From Candidatus Heimdallarchaeota archaeon (GTDB taxonomy: Archaea > Asgardarchaeota > Heimdallarchaeia > Heimdallarchaeales > Kariarchaeaceae): 32,000 nt of DNA. The DNA lies in NCBI GenBank assembly GCA_030149205.1, contig JASBSB010000001.1, forward strand, positions 180,001-212,000. Reading direction: 5' to 3'. This document shows, in pieces, positions 26,661 to 32,000 of this stretch (its first letter is position 1; each line of letters opens with the position of its first letter). The notes below the pieces were generated by a model. That model was given only the letters and a program-made list of their open reading frames with translations. It was not told the origin of the DNA and ran no database searches. Made by a program: the position numbers and the translations under genes.

Positions 26661-26682
26661 ACCAAATTTTGGAAAATTTGGT
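26661..26682. promoter_or_regulatory. 10-2-10 perfect inverted repeat (operator or hairpin)
   Basis: ACCAAATTTT-GG-AAAATTTGGT, about 115 bp upstream of ORF 26796. Confidence 0.35.
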
Positions 26683-26795
26683 AAAATTTTAAACGATCCT
26701 CTAATATCAATAGAAATATTGAACATTGAAATCTTACAGATTAGTGAAGCTTTCATTTTGTAAGAAAAACATATTTATACTTGATTAGTTAAGCT

Positions 26796-27596
26796 TTGAC
26801 TATGTTTAACTTTGATGTTAATGACCAAAGATCGTGGCGTGAGATCTTTAGATTCGACATAAACTTGTATGGTTCCAAGGATTCTTTCTCATCTGGAGGG
26901 GGTGCATTATTCACTGTCCTAGGTATTATTTTGCTTGGGATATTGGTTCCAATTATTTTGATTTTTGTATTTGTGGTGTTTAGCTTTATCTCATTTGCAA
27001 ATTCTGCACCTCCAGGTTTGGGTGTTCCATCATTTGGGATTGATATAATTGTGCTTTCCTTGATTTTTTTAAGTCTCCTAGTTGCAATTTTTGTAGCTGG
27101 AATCTATTTTTTCAAGAAAAGATACAATTCCCAGTTAGAGCGTGAAATCATTTTTTACATCGATCCGATGAATACGCTATACAAAGATGAAGTCATCGGA
27201 GGGAGACATAGGTATCAATCTTGGGATCTTAGCACACTCTCACATTTTGAGGTAAATGATAAATCACTCGGCAGCGGGTTGGGTTCTCGAAGCGTAAGTT
27301 TGAATCTCTCAGCGGTACGCACAGACGGAGCTTCAACACTTGTGATGAAAACCACATTGGCGTATCGAGGTAATTTTTATGATTTTATTGAGGTCTTAAA
27401 AAACGAGGGTTTTAAGGTTCATGAGTCAGTTGATGAGACTATCCCCCGTGTGGCAAGGAACACAACACGCCTTATCAGCAAAGGAGTCGATAAAATCAAA
27501 TCTGAGGTTCTAGAACCACTTAGGTGTCCATCTTGTGATTCGGAAATTGCACTGGATGATAAATTTTGCTTAAACTGTGGGGTAACTCTACGTTAG
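26796..27596 (+). CDS. Two-TM membrane protein with a C-terminal zinc ribbon
   Basis: Two long hydrophobic segments, a soluble middle domain and a CPSC-x10-CLNC terminus; ATG 26802 is the likelier start. Confidence 0.75.
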   Translation: MTMFNFDVNDQRSWREIFRFDINLYGSKDSFSSGGGALFTVLGIILLGILVPIILIFVFVVFSFISFANSAPPGLGVPSFGIDIIVLSLIFLSLLVAIFVAGIYFFKKRYNSQLEREIIFYIDPMNTLYKDEVIGGRHRYQSWDLSTLSHFEVNDKSLGSGLGSRSVSLNLSAVRTDGASTLVMKTTLAYRGNFYDFIEVLKNEGFKVHESVDETIPRVARNTTRLISKGVDKIKSEVLEPLRCPSCDSEIALDDKFCLNCGVTLR

Positions 27597-27627
27597 TTGT
27601 AAATTCTTCAGATATTCCAATCTAGTA

Positions 27628-28422
27628 TTATTGTGTTGATCTACGTCTAATTAGTAAATCACTTGTATAAACTGTGACATCATCTATTTCGTTTTCATTG
27701 ACCATTTTCAGGATTAAGTCAGTTATCTGCTCAATATCAAGACCATATTCCTCACTTAGATCCTCAAATTTGATCTCAGTCTTTCCCCCTTCCCAGTCTA
27801 GTTTTACCTCTTCACTAATTATCTCAGGGAGAAGCTCTCTAAGTACAACGGTTCCATTCTGTCGGACACTTATTGGAGAAGACCTTGAGTAGACTATATC
27901 TTTAACAAAATTTCTTACCTCTTCTTCTTCAGGAATCTGTGACAAAAGGTCCTTAAAATTTATAATTTCCTCAGCAAAATCATATGAATTGAGTACAGAC
28001 TTCCATTTGTTTTCGACAAATTCTTTGGAATATATTGAATCTTGGGCAAATATGAAATTGTTAATAAGTTGTTTCCTTTTCATTTCATCTTTTAAAGCAA
28101 TTAATGAGCGTTTAGGGGAGAGTTTAACCATTGATCCTAGTTCGTCTATTGTTAATGGCTTTTTGCTAAGTAAGTCAATTGCATCCTGTAATTCTACACC
28201 ATCCCCTGGGAGAAACCACCCCTTTTTGCCAACCATTCTTCCCTGAATCTGTTTTGTGGAGATTAGTTCGTCCATGGCTTCCAACATTAGATCAGCTTGA
28301 ACAGGTGCATCAGGGAGTGTAGTTACTTGAACTGGATCCTTGAATTCATAACTTAATAAAAACAATTTTGCCTTCTCTATGGGTTTTGGTTTGCTTTTAA
28401 AGAACTTTTTTAGGAATGACAT
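27628..28422 (-). CDS. Tandem winged-helix (PCI-like) protein with a basic amphipathic N-terminus
   Basis: EAMDELISTKQIQGRMV, LTIDELGSMVKLSPKRSLIAL and IKFEDLSEEYGLDIEQITDLILKMVNENEI are WH-like units; starts MSFLKKFFKSK. Confidence 0.5.
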   Translation of the reverse strand: MSFLKKFFKSKPKPIEKAKLFLLSYEFKDPVQVTTLPDAPVQADLMLEAMDELISTKQIQGRMVGKKGWFLPGDGVELQDAIDLLSKKPLTIDELGSMVKLSPKRSLIALKDEMKRKQLINNFIFAQDSIYSKEFVENKWKSVLNSYDFAEEIINFKDLLSQIPEEEEVRNFVKDIVYSRSSPISVRQNGTVVLRELLPEIISEEVKLDWEGGKTEIKFEDLSEEYGLDIEQITDLILKMVNENEIDDVTVYTSDLLIRRRSTQ

Positions 28423-28610
28423 AAGAAAAATCAGAATTTGTTCCTTAAGAGATTTATGGTTAGTTTGTGTAAGTTCAGATTATATTTATTCAGTATAAGA
28501 AGCTATACAAATCATTTCCATGCTGGTGAATTAAATTTAGAATCGGGAGAAGGGAAAAATATTAAGAATAAAAAACCACAAAGTTGACTTAAAGTAAGCA
28601 AAACATATAA

Positions 28611-29573
28611 TTGTATCCTTTTACAGTACGAATCATGAAAGTGACTAGCGCGATGATTGACCCTCAACTTCGCTCTTTAGGTATGCTGATGAGGGTGTTC
28701 TTCCGACCTTCTCTACGTTTTTTTAAGCTGATCAACAAATTGTCGCAAAGACTTTCTGGAGCTAACATTCAAGGGTATGACTGTTCAGAGATATTTATAC
28801 CAAGCAGAGACCTGGAAAGAGACATTAGGGTTCGTAAGTACAAGCCTTGGGGGTCAAAAGAGAAAAATCTCCCTGTGGTGCTCTATCTCCATGGTGGTGG
28901 GTATGCAATTAATGTTCCGGAGAGTGACCACAAAATGATTCAAAGAATTTTGGATTCAACTCCTTGCGTTGTTATAGCACCGGATTATAGACGTTCATTG
29001 GAACATCCCTTTCCTTCAGGGATAGAGGACTGTTATGACACAGCAGAATGGATAAATTCAGAGTTTCTGGAAAACCAAAACCAGTGCTTTATAATTGCAG
29101 GTACAAGTGCTGGTGGTGGATTGGCGGTTGCTCTAACACTCTGGCTAAGAAAGTCAACTAAGATTAGGGTTACAATGGTGATTCCTATCTATCCTATGTT
29201 GGATCATCGGATGCAAACAAAGTCAATGATAAACAATAATGCCCCTGTTTGGTCAGTTGCCCATAACAAACTTGCCTGGTCCTTGTACTTAAAAGGTATA
29301 AAGGATATTCCAATCCTTGCCTCACCAGCCTTAAATTCAGATTGGGTAGGATTTCCTCCAACAATTACGTACGTCGGAGAGCTGGATCCATTTCGAGATG
29401 AAACTATTAATTTTTGTTTGGCTTTAGAAGATGCTGGAGTTTCTGTGACTTACCGTGTGTTTACGGGGGCATATCATGCATTTGATATATTAGTCGAAAA
29501 TGCGGAAATTTCAATTTCAGCTAAATCTTTCCTCGCTGAGTCAATTGAAAGGGAAGTAAAAAAATTATGTTAA
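28611..29573 (+). CDS. Alpha/beta hydrolase (hormone-sensitive lipase family esterase)
   Basis: LHGGGY oxyanion loop, GTSAGG nucleophile elbow, ELDP acid and YHAFD histidine; the true start is probably a downstream ATG. Confidence 0.93.
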   Translation: MYPFTVRIMKVTSAMIDPQLRSLGMLMRVFFRPSLRFFKLINKLSQRLSGANIQGYDCSEIFIPSRDLERDIRVRKYKPWGSKEKNLPVVLYLHGGGYAINVPESDHKMIQRILDSTPCVVIAPDYRRSLEHPFPSGIEDCYDTAEWINSEFLENQNQCFIIAGTSAGGGLAVALTLWLRKSTKIRVTMVIPIYPMLDHRMQTKSMINNNAPVWSVAHNKLAWSLYLKGIKDIPILASPALNSDWVGFPPTITYVGELDPFRDETINFCLALEDAGVSVTYRVFTGAYHAFDILVENAEISISAKSFLAESIEREVKKLC

Positions 29574-29604
29574 CATAAATCTGTATTAACTTAGGTTTGA
29601 GGTT

Positions 29605-31101
29605 CTATCTTAGTGCATCAATAATACTTTGATTAATACCGCCAATGTTATGAAGATATTCCAGACGATCTTTGGTAAGGTTTTCCACGAGTTCAGAATA
29701 TTTTTCTTTTCCAAAATAATTTCTTGGGAGAAATTTGTCTAGAGATTTGTTGTTGACCTTAATGGGAATCTCATATCCCAACTCTTCATCCATCTCCCAC
29801 ACAATATTTCCCCGGATAGCTGCTTCAATGAATTCGATTGTATCTTCAACACTAATGTTGTTAGATTCATCACCAACATATCCGGTGTTTACAACAAATG
29901 ACTGGATATCGGGTTTTTTACCAAAAATCTCAGCAATTCTATTGATGTTTACGTGTTTATCACTAATGATGAAGGGATCAAACCCCACAACTCGCTTTGG
30001 TTCCCCTACTCTAGTTGGATCCTCTGCTGAGGTAATTATAGATTCCCCAAGAGCATAATAGGCAGCAGATTGATTGGCATCTCTAAGCCTTCCAATTGGT
30101 GGAAGTTCTGGTCTCCTGGTATTGTACAAAACGAAATCAACACTTGGAAGGTCAATTGTCTCTCCTGTTCCGCGTACACTCTCTCTGGAAATGATAGCCC
30201 TTGTATTTGCTGCGATGGAGAAGTTTTTCCAATCTACTTTTCCAGTGCTGGGGTCAGCATAAACGTTTTCCATAACATTTCCAGGTTTGGTGGTAGCTGT
30301 TGTTAGCTGTTCGTGCTCTGGAAATGAATCACATTTTACATAAAATCCTTTCTCAGTTCCAAACCCATTACCCTCCTTGTCAAGAAGTGTAATGTCATCC
30401 TGAAGTATCACCACTTTTTCAGGATCCTTAAGGTTGTGGTCATGACAAGTCAGGGTTGTTTTACCTGTCCCTGATAATCCGAAAATCAACATTCCTTTTT
30501 CATTCAATTTTCCATCTGATTCTTTTAATTTGAAATATTTCGAACCTGCATGCAATCCCAACCCTTGTTGTTCTGTCCTCATGATTTCCATTGCCATTCT
30601 GAGAATGCTCATCTTAGCCTCACCATAATAATCAATTCCCAACACATAAGTGATTCTTTCAATTGGATCTAGGATCACCTTTACCTCTGGATATTGTGGA
30701 ACATACAGAGTCATGATATCTGGGTTTTCATGGAGTTTATCACTGGTAAAGAAGTTTATATCATTCATGAGTGGGATGTTTGGGTTTTTCTTATAGACGG
30801 CAATGGTAGCCTTCATTCGAATCTTAGGGTTTTGACCAACAAATAGATTCATGACAATGAAGTCTTCTGGCTTGATCATCCCATAGACCTTATCTATGAC
30901 CTTTTGGTTTTCCTCATTTAACAGAGAGGTAAATTTTGCAGATCTAGCTGAAATCTTTGAATGAAATAGAGGATTTCCAAATTCATTTTTGATTGATTGA
31001 GGTTGTGCCCATTCTTGGAGTTGCCTCCTTTTTGGTGAAACCTGTTCTTGTGGTATCTTTTGAACAAATTCTAGAAAGCGGCTTTTGTTCATAATTCGCA
31101 A
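29605..31101 (-). CDS. pckA: Phosphoenolpyruvate carboxykinase (ATP)
   Basis: LHAGSK, P-loop FGLSGTGKTT, LQDD and TEKGFYVK motifs. Confidence 0.88.
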   Translation of the reverse strand: MRIMNKSRFLEFVQKIPQEQVSPKRRQLQEWAQPQSIKNEFGNPLFHSKISARSAKFTSLLNEENQKVIDKVYGMIKPEDFIVMNLFVGQNPKIRMKATIAVYKKNPNIPLMNDINFFTSDKLHENPDIMTLYVPQYPEVKVILDPIERITYVLGIDYYGEAKMSILRMAMEIMRTEQQGLGLHAGSKYFKLKESDGKLNEKGMLIFGLSGTGKTTLTCHDHNLKDPEKVVILQDDITLLDKEGNGFGTEKGFYVKCDSFPEHEQLTTATTKPGNVMENVYADPSTGKVDWKNFSIAANTRAIISRESVRGTGETIDLPSVDFVLYNTRRPELPPIGRLRDANQSAAYYALGESIITSAEDPTRVGEPKRVVGFDPFIISDKHVNINRIAEIFGKKPDIQSFVVNTGYVGDESNNISVEDTIEFIEAAIRGNIVWEMDEELGYEIPIKVNNKSLDKFLPRNYFGKEKYSELVENLTKDRLEYLHNIGGINQSIIDALR

Positions 31102-31465
31102 ATAGATTCATAAGTTATTTAAATTATGATAAAAAGCAAGTTCACAAACTTAATATAGAATATTATACAATTTTCCAATATTTATATAATAAAAATGGAT
31201 ATTTTCTCGTAATAACAAATATTACTATCTGATGGTCTGGAGATGTTTTTAGCATTAGAAAATAATTTAGGTAAATGTATCAGAATCTCAAGAGTACCAA
31301 AAGTACTTAAATGGATGCTGAGGTTATTTAATCATAGTTTTATTCAATTTCGGATAATTTAACACACAAAATTTAGTTTTTGATTTTGTGGATCTTAGAA
31401 TTAATTTTTAGGAAGTTACCTATCTGATGAAGCCTTCATAGTCCACACACGGTTTAGATTTTTGA

Positions 31466-31897
31466 ATGATAATTGTCATGAGGTTTTCAGAAACTATAAA
31501 AAAGTTTGAACAAAGAAATTTTATGGGTAATTCTGATTATACCTCACTCGAAGAATTCAAAGAGTTTCGCCACAAGATGAATGAAAAAATATTTTCCTCT
31601 GGACATCTGGGGATCAAGCGGTTCTTTGCCTTAGATACCCGGGCTTATGAAGAGGGAGAACTTTCATCTAAAGTAAAAGAGCTATTAGGATTGATTGCAT
31701 CTTTGGTTTTGAGATGTGATGATTGTATAACCTACCATATAATACAGGGAGTATTAGTAGGTGTCACTGATGCAGAATTTTATGAGACCTTCAATATAGG
31801 ATTAATAGTTGGAGGGTCAATTGTGATTCCTCATCTGAGGAGGGCTGTTGCACACCTCGAGGAATGTAGAGAATTAGACAGCGAACTTTCACTCTAG
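31466..31897 (+). CDS. Carboxymuconolactone decarboxylase/AhpD family protein
   Basis: LSSKVKELLGLIASLVLRCDDCITYH with CxxC..H; the real start is probably a downstream ATG (MGNSDY). Confidence 0.88.
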   Translation: MIIVMRFSETIKKFEQRNFMGNSDYTSLEEFKEFRHKMNEKIFSSGHLGIKRFFALDTRAYEEGELSSKVKELLGLIASLVLRCDDCITYHIIQGVLVGVTDAEFYETFNIGLIVGGSIVIPHLRRAVAHLEECRELDSELSL

Positions 31898-31936
31898 ACT
31901 AAATTTTTATTAACATCCTGATTAGGATTACTTATC

Positions 31937-32000
31937 TTGAACATTATTTCAGCGGAGGACTTATTCAACAAGGTTCCTGAACTCAAGACAATTGATGTTT
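31937..32000 (+). CDS. 5' fragment of a possible rhodanese-like protein (runs off the window)
   Basis: TTG start after TAGGA; translates as MNIISAEDLFNKVPELKTIDV, resembling the rhodanese N-terminal I..EEL...IDV pattern. Only 21 codons are visible. Confidence 0.35.
   Translation, partial: MNIISAEDLFNKVPELKTIDV

Noticed and set aside
130-30306. Numerous 60-107 aa ORFs nested in or antisense to long genes (e.g. 130-354, 2435-2653, 17591-17911, 29735-30058)
   Set aside because: They are shadow ORFs of well-supported CDS with no motifs of their own.
1-32000. Mobile elements, tRNA/rRNA and canonical archaeal ORB origin boxes
   Set aside because: I recognised no transposase, integrase, terminal inverted repeats, cloverleaf, rRNA-like segment, ORB/G-string or cdc6 by eye. 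A tRNAscan/Infernal run would be needed to exclude small RNAs.

Overview
Low-GC, gene-dense archaeal window, most likely from an Asgard archaeon (possibly Heimdallarchaeia). This is inferred from a group II chaperonin, a Rab-like GTPase with RabF motifs, a TFB-core paralogue and several winged-helix/zinc-ribbon proteins; taxonomy cannot be proven from the window alone. About 32 CDS: housekeeping and metabolic genes (thermosome, PEPCK, esterase, thioesterase, two EamA transporters), pathway genes whose usual partners are absent here (cheR, eutA, larC-larB), three predicted surface proteins and small regulators. I saw no rRNA, tRNA, CRISPR, transposase or integrase. Most unusual signals: (1) a GC-rich non-coding array of seven oriented GCAGTGC boxes spaced 20/20/20/21/35/32 bp upstream of an EamA gene; (2) a degenerate SDR-fold protein carrying 18 tandem PNLDGKPSV repeats; (3) a second non-coding cluster of phased ATCGAT-like palindromes; (4) a Rab gene divergent from a zinc-finger/KPSE-repeat, RHH, hypothetical and EutA gene run whose first gene lacks a canonical start codon; (5) a Cys-free LanC-fold surface protein. 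All family calls come from motif recognition by eye, not database searches.
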